A stretch of DNA of 63,998 nt, filler included, from Stramenopiles sp. TOSAG23-6 (Eukaryota), in NCBI GenBank assembly GCA_900128565.1. It is 18 parts of 18 records of this genome, joined end to end, with 100 filler letters (N's around TTAATTAATTAA, not from the genome) between each part and the next. Parts side by side here need not be neighbours in the genome. Positions count along the whole stretch, not along the records: positions 35,867 to 39,337 come from LT637481.1; positions 39,438 to 42,902 come from LT637482.1; positions 43,003 to 46,467 come from LT637483.1; positions 46,568 to 50,032 come from LT637484.1; 14 more parts are not named here. One strand, given 5' to 3'. A program made the position numbers and the translations under genes. Below the pieces are notes generated by a model. The model made no database searches. It saw only the letters and a list, made by a program, of their open reading frames with translations, and was not told where the DNA came from. The stretch's first letter is position 1. Every line of letters starts with the position of its first letter. This document shows positions 35,996 to 49,500 of the stretch, piece after piece.

Positions 35996-37328
35996 ATTTC
36001 GGAAGGAAGTTCGTTTAGGATCATATAGATCTGTTGCTGCTGGCAGGTTGCCTCCACCAGCTGCAATTGTGGCCAGGCAAATGATTGCTGCTGATCCTGG
36101 GTTTACACCTTTATACAAGGAACGTATTCCATATGTTGTTGTATGTGGGCCACCTGTACCTAACCCTACCCCTAATCATGAAACCCTAACCCTAATTCAT
36201 TTTTTTTTTTCATAGTAAATTTCATACTTAACGAATTGTTTTCATGATTTTTTTTTTGAAATATTTTTCCAAAATACATGGATCCCGATTGTATGACCTT
36301 GTCGTATCACCAACACAAATCTTGAAATTTTCACCACCGATGTATGTTTTATTTTTTTTTAACAAAAAAATCGATTTTTTTTTCATACGAAATTTTGTAC
36401 CTAACAAATTTTTTAGAATTTTTTTTGAAATATTGTTCCAAAATACATACTTCATATTAATATTACATGGTATATAAATAAAATGATGGTGCCTGCACTT
36501 GCGAGATTATTTAACCTTGTAGGTGTTGATGTATCTGCCTGGTTGATGGATCCCCTAATTAAATTAAATGGATCAAAAAATCGTCAAAATGCTTTAGCTG
36601 AACTAAACGTTTTTCGTGTAGATAGGATCATTCAAGGAAATAGAAATAATACAAATGAAAGACACGAAAAACGTAAAAATAATTTACGTTGTATCGATAA
36701 ATATGTTAAACGACTTCAGTGTGGGGCTTGTGGAGGTGACGCTGCTAGAGGCAATTATTGTGACGATTGTCTTTCAGATCCTCAAAAATTACATTTTGTG
36801 TACGTTTTCATTATTTTTTTACCTAATTTTTTTTCGTACGAAATTTCGTACCTAACAAAAAACAAAAACAAAAAAAATATTTTTTCACAATACATAATTC
36901 AAAGTAATCTCTCTTCATCGGATAAAACTAGAAATTTGTACGTTGTCCCTTTTAAAATTACATTTGGTAAAAACATTGGTATATTTGATATCACTCTTTA
37001 TCAAATACCAAATTTTACATTATCTATTTTAATTTTTTTTTTTTTCATTTTAAAAATATACATTTTTAACATACCTAACAAATTTCAAATTTTGAAAAAT
37101 ATTTTTTTGCATTGTCTACTTCAGACGTTATGTCGTCTATGTATCTCAAAGGAAGACCCACAAAAAAGATTGGGGAGTATCGGAGGAGGTGAACTTTTAC
37201 AAAAATCTGCGATTTCGTGTTGTAATTTAGATTGTCCAGTTTTATATCGCAGAGCTTCAACACTTGTTCTTTGGAGGCACGCAAGACTTCTCCACAACCA
37301 ACTGAATGATGTATACAATACAAACTAG
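35996..37328 (+). CDS. REV3: DNA polymerase zeta catalytic subunit, C-terminal exons
   Basis: FRKEVRLGSY, ERIPYVVVCGPPGSRL, PALARLFNLVGVDV and CysA/CysB clusters (CCNLDCPVLY); GT-AT introns 36156..36279, 36342..36448, 36800..36895 and a fourth from 36938. Confidence 0.9.
36156..36279 (+). other. Representative non-canonical GT-AT spliceosomal-type intron
   Basis: cct|GTACCT...ccaaaatacAT|gga restores the conserved REV3 GxPGxRL motif. Confidence 0.85.
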
Positions 37329-37695
37329 AATCAAATATTATGAAGTATATATAAAGCATGAACAAAATTTTATAATATTGTTTTTTCCGGTTTTACCCAA
37401 ATGCCATTAATTAGGGATCTATGAAAAAATAGTTTTGTTTTTTAACTAATTAAAACGAAATTTAGAAGCTAAAACTTTTATTTTTGTAATTTTTAGTAGT
37501 CAATCGCAATCAATCGAAATCTACCTCCTCCATTATATGCTCCGAAATGGTAAATGATTGAAAATTCCGGATTGATTGTGTAATTGACTAAGCAATTTCA
37601 AGAGTTTGCTTTTATCATTGTAAACGTTCCAATTGTTTATTCAATATGACGTCAGGTGGTCTTTTGCAACAAGATCGCGGACGAAGCTCTGCATC

Positions 37696-39051
37696 TCATT
37701 TTTTCGCACCTGCTTTGATAAGTTGTGCAACTACTTTTCCATGACCCTCCCATGAAGCAATCATCAATGGTGTAGCTCCGTTTTTATTAGCATGATTTAC
37801 ATTAATATTCTCCGCTTTGAGAAGTTCCTCAACTACTCCCGCATGACCCATTTCTGAAGCAACATACAATGGGGTATCTCCGTATCTATTAGCATGATTG
37901 ACATTAGCACCAAGATCGATGAGTTTTTCAACTACTCCCGCACGACCCTTCTCTGAAGCAATATACAATGGGGTTTCCCCGTATTTATCAGTCTGCTCGA
38001 CATCAGCACCATTATCAAAAAGTAGTTTAACGACTTCTTCATTACCATTCTGTGAAGCAATAAACAATGGGGTTCTTCCGAATTCATCAGCCTGATTGAC
38101 ATTAGCACCTTTACCAAGAAGTAGTCCAACTACTCCAACATGACCATTCATTGAAACAAGATGTAATGCAGTATATCCGTGGTTATCAACCAGATTGACA
38201 TCAGCACCAGCAGTGATTAGTTGTGCAACAACTTCCGCATTTCTTTGACGCACAGCATGTAATAATTTGGCATTATTTTCTTCTTTTGCTCGTGCTTCGC
38301 TTTCTGCTTTCTGTTTTCGCATTGCTTTTGCTTCTTCTGCTGCTTTTTGTAGTTCATTTTGAAAAGCTAATGCTTCTTCTTGAGTCATCTGCGGCGCCGA
38401 TGGCTGAGGCGATCCACCACCACCACTGAATGCACAACCCATATCCCAATGTGTTGTTTTTGTATTATTGTCGATATAATATTTACGCCCTAACCGATCT
38501 CTTGCTTCCTCCCAACCATATGGTAGCGGGGAAATATTCGCCTCAGCACCACCACCTCCACAACCAGCAGCATCCTTCGGCGGCGCCGATGGCTCAACGG
38601 TCATATCAGCAGCAGCAGCAGCATCCTTCGGTGGCGCCGATGGCTCAACACGGCCTGCAGCTGCTCCATGCCCACGCAACGAACTGGAAACTTCTTCAGC
38701 AAGAACAATCGGGAGTGGGTCGTTCTGTGGAGATTCTATCATGTGAGCACCATTATCCATGTAAAAAAAATCACCGCGGCACTTAGGGTTTCCTCTATCT
38801 GATTTTTTTTCATTAAAACAGTATACAGGACTCCCGTTCGAATGCGTTCTTGCATCACCAGTATTAGGATCCACTACAGGTACACTACACCATGCACATC
38901 TTTTAGAGAAAACACCGCCTGAAAAAAGTCCCATTGTAGGAGCGTTCACGCAATCGTCCTTTGTCAAATACGACTTACAATCTGCACCCATACAAACTCC
39001 CGTCGTAAAACCAATCGCAATCAAAATCTGAAAGCATTTTCTTGTATTCAT
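37696..39051 (-). CDS. Signal peptide, Cys-rich domain, PSAP motifs, WW domain and ankyrin repeats
   Basis: LPYGWEE..GRKYYIDNNTKTTHW (WW); five to six GxTPL ankyrin repeats; EPSAPP twice and QPSAPQ. Confidence 0.85.
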   Translation of the reverse strand: MNTRKCFQILIAIGFTTGVCMGADCKSYLTKDDCVNAPTMGLFSGGVFSKRCAWCSVPVVDPNTGDARTHSNGSPVYCFNEKKSDRGNPKCRGDFFYMDNGAHMIESPQNDPLPIVLAEEVSSSLRGHGAAAGRVEPSAPPKDAAAAADMTVEPSAPPKDAAGCGGGGAEANISPLPYGWEEARDRLGRKYYIDNNTKTTHWDMGCAFSGGGGSPQPSAPQMTQEEALAFQNELQKAAEEAKAMRKQKAESEARAKEENNAKLLHAVRQRNAEVVAQLITAGADVNLVDNHGYTALHLVSMNGHVGVVGLLLGKGANVNQADEFGRTPLFIASQNGNEEVVKLLFDNGADVEQTDKYGETPLYIASEKGRAGVVEKLIDLGANVNHANRYGDTPLYVASEMGHAGVVEELLKAENINVNHANKNGATPLMIASWEGHGKVVAQLIKAGAKK

Positions 39052-39437
39052 TTCCTTAATTTTGTTGTTTGTTCTTTTGATGTCTTTTTATGATTAATAT
39101 TTAATGAGTTCATCGCAAGTGAGTTCCTCGCGCTGTTCATTTGCTGTTCATTTTTGTGCTGTTCATTACATGATGTAACCATTACCGGGTAACAGTTTCA
39201 CTATAGTTGATTAAATTTGGAAGCTTCAGACTCAGAGTCTTCTTCTTGTGTAATAAATAATACGTACTAGCCTACTAGACTCTAGAGTCATATGTCCTCC
39301 GTCCTGAGAGACTATCTCTTGCAGTGTAATACGTTATNNNNNNNNNNNNNNNNNNNNNNNNNNNNNNNNNNNNNNNNNNNNTTAATTAATTAANNNNNNN
39401 NNNNNNNNNNNNNNNNNNNNNNNNNNNNNNNNNNNNN

Positions 39438-40007
39438 GTAAGTAATGAATCATAAAAGTAACGGTCCACATTTGGCGAAATTGACGCAGACTAAAGAAGG
39501 AATAAACACAAAAAGAAATGATACATCTGTAAAGCGAACCTGTACACACATAGCTCATATGAAAAAAGAATGCAACGCATTCCCTTTCAATTTGTCAGTC
39601 AAGGTAAACTAAACTCCGAGAGAACTATAGATGTAAGTAATGAATCATAAAAGTAACGGTCCACATTTGGCGAAATTGACGCAGACTAAAGAAGGAATAA
39701 ACACAAAAAGAAATGATACATCTGTAAAGCGAACCTGTACACACATAGCTCATATGAAAAAAGAATGCAACGCATTCCCTTTCAATTTGTCAGTCAAGGT
39801 AAACTAAACTCCGAGAGAACTATAGATGTAAGTAATGAATCATAAAAGTAACGGTCCACATTTGGCGAAATTGACGCAGACTAAAGAAGGAATAAACACA
39901 AAAAGAAATGATACATCTGTAAAGCGAACCTGTACACACATAGCTCATATGAAAAAAGAATGCAACGCATTCCCTTTCAATTTGTCAGTCAAGGTAAACT
40001 AAACTCC
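39438..40007 (+). repeat. 195-bp tandem repeat, about 3 copies
   Basis: gtaagtaatgaatcataaaag at 39438, 39633 and 39828; diverged partial copy near 41245-41345. Confidence 0.92.
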
Positions 40008-42593
40008 AACTCACTGTGAAATTTGGTGTGAAATTAGACCTTGGGAAGAAACACTGCTTCTTGAGAAATGCAAAGGAAATACAATTACAACCTTGGATAA
40101 CCAAACAACAAGACTAATTTTATATCACACATTTTCAAAACATTTACGTTTGTACTTTCTTTCAAGAGTCAATAATACAATACACATTTAAAAAAAAAGA
40201 ACGTTAGGTACAAAGTTTTGGTGTACAAAAATACGAAATATGCGATTTAAAAAAAAAATCAAATTTTAGTGACAAATTAAAATTCGTTTCTAATTTAAGG
40301 TTGCGCTTGGATTTCATTTCATGAGTTAGTCATGAAGTCGTTGTCACTAATACATTGAGAAACTAGCAAGGATAATATGGGTAAGCACGTAATTAGGGTT
40401 AGGGTTAACCATGATCCTCGTTTCAAATCTACACTACTCGTTTTGGGCTTAGGTACAGAATTTGGTACAAAAAAAAATGGAATGGAATTTCGCAGGTATA
40501 GTGTAAGTGAAGGGTATAGGAAGATTGTGTGTAACCATGGGATCATTTTCTTGCCAGTTACTTTGAACAAATATTGAGTATTAATGAAATTACACTTGTC
40601 TATGTGATTTAATATATCAGTACAGAAAATGCAAATTAACTACAAATTAGGATTAGTAGGCAATGTTGGAACGATTTGAAACGTGAGGAACATGGCTTAT
40701 CTAGGGTTAGGGTTTAAGTACAAATACCAATTTTTTGGTATTTCGATTTTTTTTCGGTCATGTCATGTCGGTGTGTGTGTGTGATGTTGACAACATTAGA
40801 CCTGGAATTTTCAACTAGTTACTACAATAAGTCACTACAATGTAGCTAGACCTTGATTTTATATGGTTGGTAGATTGAAACTTTTGATTTTACAATGAAA
40901 CTAGACCTTGGATTTACACGGATTTACAGTGAAACCAGACCTTGGATTTCAATGAGTCACTACAATGAAACTAGACCTACGTTTCATATGACCGGTAGAG
41001 TGAAACTAAACTTTTGATTTCAATTTGTTTTTAAAAGAAGCCAGACATTGGAACACTAATTAGAGAAATATTTGCTCAAGAGAACCAATGAGATAAAAGC
41101 AAAAAATGAAACGAACAAAAAATTATATAAAAAGATGACCATATTTTTTGGGCTAAAAGTAATGTTCAACATTGGGTTAACTTACACAGAGCAAGGAAAG
41201 AATATAGACCACAAGAACTGACCAATCTTTGAAAAAAAAAAAAATACACAGCTCATATAAACAAAAGATATAGCTTATTCTTTTTAATTTTTCAGTCAAG
41301 ATGAACTAGACTCCAACTCATGGGCACAGTAAAATTAGATCTTGCAACACAAACTCGTGAAAGATATCTTTCCACGGAAACAACAAGAAAAGGAAAAGAA
41401 AAACAATTGATATATTACAATATCCTATCAAAAATTATCAATGTGCCTTTTTTGTGTGCCCAGGTTGAGGATATCATTTTGTAGAGTAATTGATCGATTC
41501 ACTGTTTCAAAATCTATTTAGAAAAAGACTCACAAAATGATAAAACCAGTATACTATTGAGACAACAAGTCGGTGTACAACAAAGCAATTATGTGTTTCA
41601 ATGATGATTTCACTGTAATGTAAAAGACAGTACTGTTGTCTAAAATTCGTACAATAACACTTACATGGCCAGTACCACTCTCAAGACAAGTAAAACACAT
41701 AATCCAAAAAAATCGAGTTTTTCAAACTTTTAACTACGGTGTAGGTAGCTGTAGGTGAGCTCCAAGGTTCATTCTTTTTGTAAAAGTTACGTACACAGTG
41801 TATATATATATTGTCACTATTTTAATCATGTGTCTATTTAGACTAGAATGCATTGTAAAAGAGGGGAAACTTGGATAAAATGACGGATAAAATATATGAA
41901 TCTCAGCCCTAACCCTTTCTTAGGTATGAAAAAATGTTACGAATTATTTTTTGTAGTAACTTTTGTACATAACAATTTTACTCGTCCGAGGAGTATTTAC
42001 TACGGATTACTACGGATTCATCGAAAAAAATTAAATTTTGAAAATCCTCTTTTATGCATTGTAACATTGTGCGGCTATATTTCAGGTCCACAATTGAATG
42101 TGTCTAGTGATACCATGAGCCAACTGTATTATCTATATTAGGTAATTGAAGCACTATATCCATGGTAAAATTTGATTTTGGTACGGTTAGGTATAAAAAA
42201 TGAAAAAAAAAAAAAAAAAAAACACGAAAAAAAGTGAGGACCTAGAGCTAGTGGTTTACTTGCATTGATGATTAATCAAATCATTCAAAAAAGATTCAAT
42301 AAGAGACGTGTATACATATATCATATATGTAGCTTTTTGTTTTAAAATCAATTATTTGTTGATAAACAATTTTAATTTGTAGGAATTCAAAAAAGATATA
42401 CAAAATGTTCAACAATTCTGAAAACTATGAATGCTCATTTTATTTCTTAATTTGTATTATTATAACCAATATGTAACTTTATACTTACAAATGAAACATT
42501 TTATTTATACTTTTTTACAAATTACAGGAATTTGAGTGCTAATTGTGTTATAGCACATACCATTTAACAACAAGAATACCAAGTACACGTGAA

Positions 42594-42848
42594 GAAATAT
42601 GCCAATTGCTCAAACAACAGAAAATCCTCTTGGAATGGCTGTTGTTGCAGTAAAGGAAACAAGAGATGAACAATCAAATGTAGCTGCACCAACTGATGAA
42701 AACTCTAAAGAAGCAGAACAAAGAAATATGCCAATTGCTCAAACAAAAGCAAATCCTCTTGGAATGGCTGTTGTTGCAGTAAAGGACACAAGAGATGAAC
42801 AATCAAATGTAACTGCACCAACTGATGAAAACTCTAAAGAAGCAGAAC
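42594..42848 (+). repeat. 129-bp (43-aa) coding tandem repeat, 2 copies
   Basis: atgccaattgctcaaaca at 42599 and 42728 in an open frame. Confidence 0.88.
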
Positions 42849-43080
42849 ATCATCATCCTCTGCTACAATTTGAGAAGCAGTTACCGTCACTTGAAACACC
42901 AANNNNNNNNNNNNNNNNNNNNNNNNNNNNNNNNNNNNNNNNNNNNTTAATTAATTAANNNNNNNNNNNNNNNNNNNNNNNNNNNNNNNNNNNNNNNNNN
43001 NNTGTTTTATTTTTTTTTCAAAAATTTTTTTTTCGAAATAATTTTTAATTTTTTTTTTGGTTTGATTTTGCAACATGTAC

Positions 43081-43782
43081 ATACGCCCCCACAGCTTCAG
43101 ATGTCAAAGCATCATTCACTCGTCCAATTCCGTAGTCAGATACACCAATTCCACCATCATGTATTTTGGAAAAATATTTCAAAAAAAAAAACTAAAAATC
43201 GTTAGGTACAAAATTTCGTATGAAACATAAATTCGAAATTGAAAAAAAAATACAACATACATATTGTTGTCCGAGCATCGATAATTTATTCTGTTGAAAA
43301 TCCCTCATCGTGAATGTCTTTCTCATATTTGTGGTTGATGCACCATGACCTACTTGATATGTTGGTGTTGATCGTTCATTTTGTTCTTTCACAACTTTCA
43401 TAGTTTTATCAAGTTCTTGGAGTTTTTCTTCAAGGGTATCATATAAAATCAGATTCTCCTCAATCCCAACAACTTTTTCTGTGTAGTTGCTCAAAGACGC
43501 AGAAAGCCTCGCAGCTACTAAGGCAAAATAATTACATACTGCAACTTCATTATCCCAAGTATTTATTTGCTCTGAGAATCTACGAATAGGAGGCAGCGCA
43601 GACTCCACAATATATTTTTGAAGTGATTTCGAGTTAGGCAGTACAAGCTTTAACTCCTTCACAAAGTCCCGTCTTTGCTGGGGTTGAAATCCTTTCTGAA
43701 GATAACACATGAATAACTTTTCCAGTGGACTTTTTTCTGTGTGGGTTGAAGCATTATCATTTGTGGGTTTTGGGGACATCAT
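43081..43782 (-). CDS. Unknown protein, exons 1-2 (3' partial)
   Basis: Frame continues GQQY|DGGIGV across GT-AT intron 43159..43260. Confidence 0.6.
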
Positions 43783-44101
43783 ACGTTGCAATTTTAAATT
43801 GAATTATTGAAATTGAAATGTTTGGATTCGAATTCGATTCGATTGAGATTAGATTCGAGAATTTTTCCAGATTACGATTAGGCTAGGGTTAGGGTTTAAA
43901 AATAAATTTTAATGACATTTTCGCGAAGTTTGTTTTCGGAACTTTTTCACTTTTCGCACGCAAAAAGTGGTGATCTCAAGAATGGTTATTTGAAATTGTT
44001 TTCAAGATGCACTAGTTCAACGTTTTAGAGCATTTATGATTTTGTAGACAATATAAGTTTGTCAAGGTAGTTGCGTTTTTTTTTTAATTTCTGTGTGATA
44101 G

Positions 44102-45677
44102 ATGAGTTCCAGCACCATTTCTCTCCTCAACAACACTGAAGTCCAACTCCATAAAAAAAGCTTCATTCAGAGGTACAGCTCATTTGTTTTTACTTGTATT
44201 GGATGCATTCTATCTGGAAGTATAGTTTTTTCAACTTTGCACTTTTGTCGATATAGTGTTTCTTCGTATGCAATTTGTGCATATATGTACTGTACCGTTG
44301 CCTTGCTAGCATTTTTGAAGTGCTTTCGTCAGTATTGTGTCGCAGAAGTATTTGCTATACCTAACTTTCGCGCAGCTAGATATCTAACGTGGATACCATT
44401 TTACCTTAGTTTTTCCTCTGCTGCTAGAACACTTCAATTTACACTTGACGTTTGGGAGTATAAGTCACACTCGAATCCGTGTGATACCTCTTTGAAGCCG
44501 TTAGAATTTATAGTAGAAGATGTTTCTGATTCAACTCATACAAGTGTTAGATCAATGGCTCAGCGAGTAGCTACTTTACTATTTTACAGCGGGGTGAGTT
44601 GTGTAGTTTTATATTGGGCTGATGTTGATGTGCATGCACGTACGTTATCAGTAGGCTCTGGGTATTCTAGCGGGTTTGAACAGAATTTTCGTATTAATGG
44701 AAATACTACTACTCATCGAAAAATACCAAATTCTTGGGCAACGCAGCTACTCTTACTGCTAAATCTCTGGCTATATGTGTGTACTATTTTGTTTTTCTTC
44801 CTTGGAAAGTATCATTGGCATGTAAGTACAATTTACAGCATCGGTATTGATATGACAATTTTCATTTATATTTGTTTGTTAGTGACCACGGTTTTTTATG
44901 CCTTAAAAATGTACGTTTCAAAAAAAAAAGAAAAAAAAATTCGTACAAAAATTTGTACCTAACAAAAAAAAATTACAAAAACAAAATATTATTTTCCAAT
45001 ACATGAGACGAATTTTAAAAACTTTAGAGGCGAACATTCAACATCCTATAATTACTTCATTTCGATGTAAAACAAATGTAACTGTGATTATTTTGACGGT
45101 CTCATTTTTTATAAAGTGTTTTTTATGTACGTTTTTTTTTCGTACGAAATTTTGTACCTAAGATGTTTTTTTGAGCATTGTTTTTTCATTTCAAATTTAT
45201 TTTGTATGTAGAAAATTTCGTACCTAACAAAAAGATCAAACTTCAAACATATTCCCCCAAAATACATGGTGTTATAGACCACTTGGGCAGTTCCTGTTTG
45301 GTCCAAGTGGAGGTTGCATTCGTGGTATATTTTATAATATAGCATACCCCTGGTGTTTTTATCTTTTTCCTGAAATCATACCAACATTGTGGTTGATATA
45401 TATATTAGGTATCAATCCCGTCGGTAGGGTTAGGGTTCCAGAAAATGTTGAAAGGAATATAATAGAATCCAAAAATATAAATAACCCTAATACTCTTACT
45501 ATATGGGAATCAAAACATAATGGTAACGAGAATGAGAGGAATGAAGATTTTACGTGTAGGAATAAACATATTGCTGAATTAAATAGTTTTGGATTACACG
45601 GAGATTCTCTTGTAGAGTTAGGGTTAGGGTTACCGGGACCTTTTGCATTTACTGAACTACCCGAAAATAGTCGCTAA
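44102..45677 (+). CDS. TOM1/THH1/GPR137-like multi-pass membrane protein
   Basis: About seven hydrophobic segments, LLFYSGVSCVVLYWA and FYLFPEIIPTLWLIYIL; single frame after removing GT-AT introns 44911..45004 and 45127..45267. Confidence 0.7.
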
Positions 45678-45765
45678 GATATAATATTGAATCTAACTAT
45701 AGTTAAAAAAAAATGTATTCCTGTATATAGTAAAAACATTTTATTCCTGAGTAAAAAAATCTTAA

Positions 45766-46414
45766 TTAATTTTGTTTCCATATCTTTGTATGCTCAGGTC
45801 TGTCATAATATTCATCTTGTAAAGCTGACGTCATTCTATCAGCATTTTCGGTAGTCAATTCAGAAAACATTTCAAATGCGAGATCTTGAAAAGAACTTGC
45901 AATCCATTGAAACCAATAATTTGTTTCAAAACCTCCTCCAATTTCCATAATAGTCCATTCTTCTGGATTTTCTGGATGTTTTCCATATTTCTCAGTGATA
46001 ATCATGTTTTGTGGGAAAATATATATATTTTTGTTAGTAAAGAACATTAGTTAGCTATGAAATGTCTACCAAAAAGAAAAAAACAATTCATAATGTAATC
46101 GTACATTAGCCCCATCGTTGAAAAAGTTTCATTTTTGCTAATCATACTTAATTTTTTTTCTGCTTTATCTTCCAAAGATTCTTCGTTGAAGATAATACTT
46201 TCTGCAGATAATACTTTTTTAGCGACTTCAGGAATTGTGTTTTTATTCTCAAAATGTCGGATTCGTTTGATGCATTTCCACTCAGCTGACTCTATTTTGG
46301 ATTTCAACTTGACGCTAATTGTGTCAGGTGGGCGAAATTTTGCGATTTTATTGAAAACAACATATGCTACTTTGCCCCACGGTTGCTTCAATGTTTTTTT
46401 AAATGGTTTGAATA
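45766..46414 (-). CDS. Unknown protein, last two exons
   Basis: GLM|IITEKY joined in frame by GT-AT intron 46004..46104. Confidence 0.6.
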
Positions 46415-46567
46415 ATGTATTTTGGAAAAATATTTCAAAAAAAAATCGTTAGGTACAAAATTTCGTANNNNNNNNNNNNNNNNNNNNNNNNNNNNNNNNN
46501 NNNNNNNNNNNTTAATTAATTAANNNNNNNNNNNNNNNNNNNNNNNNNNNNNNNNNNNNNNNNNNNN

Positions 46568-49500
46568 TGTTTTATTTTTTTTTCAAAAATTTTTTTTTCG
46601 AAATAATTTTTAATTTTTTTTTTGGTTTGATTTTGCAACATGTACATACGCCCCCACAGCTTCAGATGTCAAAGCATCATTCACTCGTCCAATTCCGTAG
46701 TCAGATACACCAATTCCACCATCATGTATTTTGGAAAAATATTTCAAAAAAAAAAACTAAAAATCGTTAGGTACAAAATTTCGTATGAAACATAAATTCG
46801 AAATTGAAAAAAAAATACAACATACATATTGTTGTCCGAGCATCGATAATTTATTCTGTTGAAAATCCCTCATCGTGAATGTCTTTCTCATATTTGTGGT
46901 TGATGCACCATGACCTACTTGATATGTTGGTGTTGATCGTTCATTTTGTTCTTTCACAACTTTCATAGTTTTATCAAGTTCTTGGAGTTTTTCTTCAAGG
47001 GTATCATATAAAATCAGATTCTCCTCAATCCCAACAACTTTTTCTGTGTAGTTGCTCAAAGACGCAGAAAGCCTCGCAGCTACTAAGGCAAAATAATTAC
47101 ATACTGCAACTTCATTATCCCAAGTATTTATTTGCTCTGAGAATCTACGAATAGGAGGCAGCGCAGACTCCACAATATATTTTTGAAGTGATTTCGAGTT
47201 AGGCAGTACAAGCTTTAACTCCTTCACAAAGTCCCGTCTTTGCTGGGGTTGAAATCCTTTCTGAAGATAACACATGAATAACTTTTCCAGTGGACTTTTT
47301 TCTGTGTGGGTTGAAGCATTATCATTTGTGGGTTTTGGGGACATCATACGTTGCAATTTTAAATTGAATTATTGAAATTGAAATGTTTGGATTCGAATTC
47401 GATTCGATTGAGATTAGATTCGAGAATTTTTCCAGATTACGATTAGGCTAGGGTTAGGGTTTAAAAATAAATTTTAATGACATTTTCGCGAAGTTTGTTT
47501 TCGGAACTTTTTCACTTTTCGCACGCAAAAAGTGGTGATCTCAAGAATGGTTATTTGAAATTGTTTTCAAGATGCACTAGTTCAACGTTTTAGAGCATTT
47601 ATGATTTTGTAGACAATATAAGTTTGTCAAGGTAGTTGCGTTTTTTTTTTAATTTCTGTGTGATAGATGAGTTCCAGCACCATTTCTCTCCTCAACAACA
47701 CTGAAGTCCAACTCCATAAAAAAAGCTTCATTCAGAGGTACAGCTCATTTGTTTTTACTTGTATTGGATGCATTCTATCTGGAAGTATAGTTTTTTCAAC
47801 TTTGCACTTTTGTCGATATAGTGTTTCTTCGTATGCAATTTGTGCATATATGTACTGTACCGTTGCCTTGCTAGCATTTTTGAAGTGCTTTCGTCAGTAT
47901 TGTGTCGCAGAAGTATTTGCTATACCTAACTTTCGCGCAGCTAGATATCTAACGTGGATACCATTTTACCTTAGTTTTTCCTCTGCTGCTAGAACACTTC
48001 AATTTACACTTGACGTTTGGGAGTATAAGTCACACTCGAATCCGTGTGATACCTCTTTGAAGCCGTTAGAATTTATAGTAGAAGATGTTTCTGATTCAAC
48101 TCATACAAGTGTTAGATCAATGGCTCAGCGAGTAGCTACTTTACTATTTTACAGCGGGGTGAGTTGTGTAGTTTTATATTGGGCTGATGTTGATGTGCAT
48201 GCACGTACGTTATCAGTAGGCTCTGGGTATTCTAGCGGGTTTGAACAGAATTTTCGTATTAATGGAAATACTACTACTCATCGAAAAATACCAAATTCTT
48301 GGGCAACGCAGCTACTCTTACTGCTAAATCTCTGGCTATATGTGTGTACTATTTTGTTTTTCTTCCTTGGAAAGTATCATTGGCATGTAAGTACAATTTA
48401 CAGCATCGGTATTGATATGACAATTTTCATTTATATTTGTTTGTTAGTGACCACGGTTTTTTATGCCTTAAAAATGTACGTTTCAAAAAAAAAAGAAAAA
48501 AAAATTCGTACAAAAATTTGTACCTAACAAAAAAAAATTACAAAAACAAAATATTATTTTCCAATACATGAGACGAATTTTAAAAACTTTAGAGGCGAAC
48601 ATTCAACATCCTATAATTACTTCATTTCGATGTAAAACAAATGTAACTGTGATTATTTTGACGGTCTCATTTTTTATAAAGTGTTTTTTATGTACGTTTT
48701 TTTTTCGTACGAAATTTTGTACCTAAGATGTTTTTTTGAGCATTGTTTTTTCATTTCAAATTTATTTTGTATGTAGAAAATTTCGTACCTAACAAAAAGA
48801 TCAAACTTCAAACATATTCCCCCAAAATACATGGTGTTATAGACCACTTGGGCAGTTCCTGTTTGGTCCAAGTGGAGGTTGCATTCGTGGTATATTTTAT
48901 AATATAGCATACCCCTGGTGTTTTTATCTTTTTCCTGAAATCATACCAACATTGTGGTTGATATATATATTAGGTATCAATCCCGTCGGTAGGGTTAGGG
49001 TTCCAGAAAATGTTGAAAGGAATATAATAGAATCCAAAAATATAAATAACCCTAATACTCTTACTATATGGGAATCAAAACATAATGGTAACGAGAATGA
49101 GAGGAATGAAGATTTTACGTGTAGGAATAAACATATTGCTGAATTAAATAGTTTTGGATTACACGGAGATTCTCTTGTAGAGTTAGGGTTAGGGTTACCG
49201 GGACCTTTTGCATTTACTGAACTACCCGAAAATAGTCGCTAAGATATAATATTGAATCTAACTATAGTTAAAAAAAAATGTATTCCTGTATATAGTAAAA
49301 ACATTTTATTCCTGAGTAAAAAAATCTTAATTAATTTTGTTTCCATATCTTTGTATGCTCAGGTCTGTCATAATATTCATCTTGTAAAGCTGACGTCATT
49401 CTATCAGCATTTTCGGTAGTCAATTCAGAAAACATTTCAAATGCGAGATCTTGAAAAGAACTTGCAATCCATTGAAACCAATAATTTGTTTCAAAACCTC

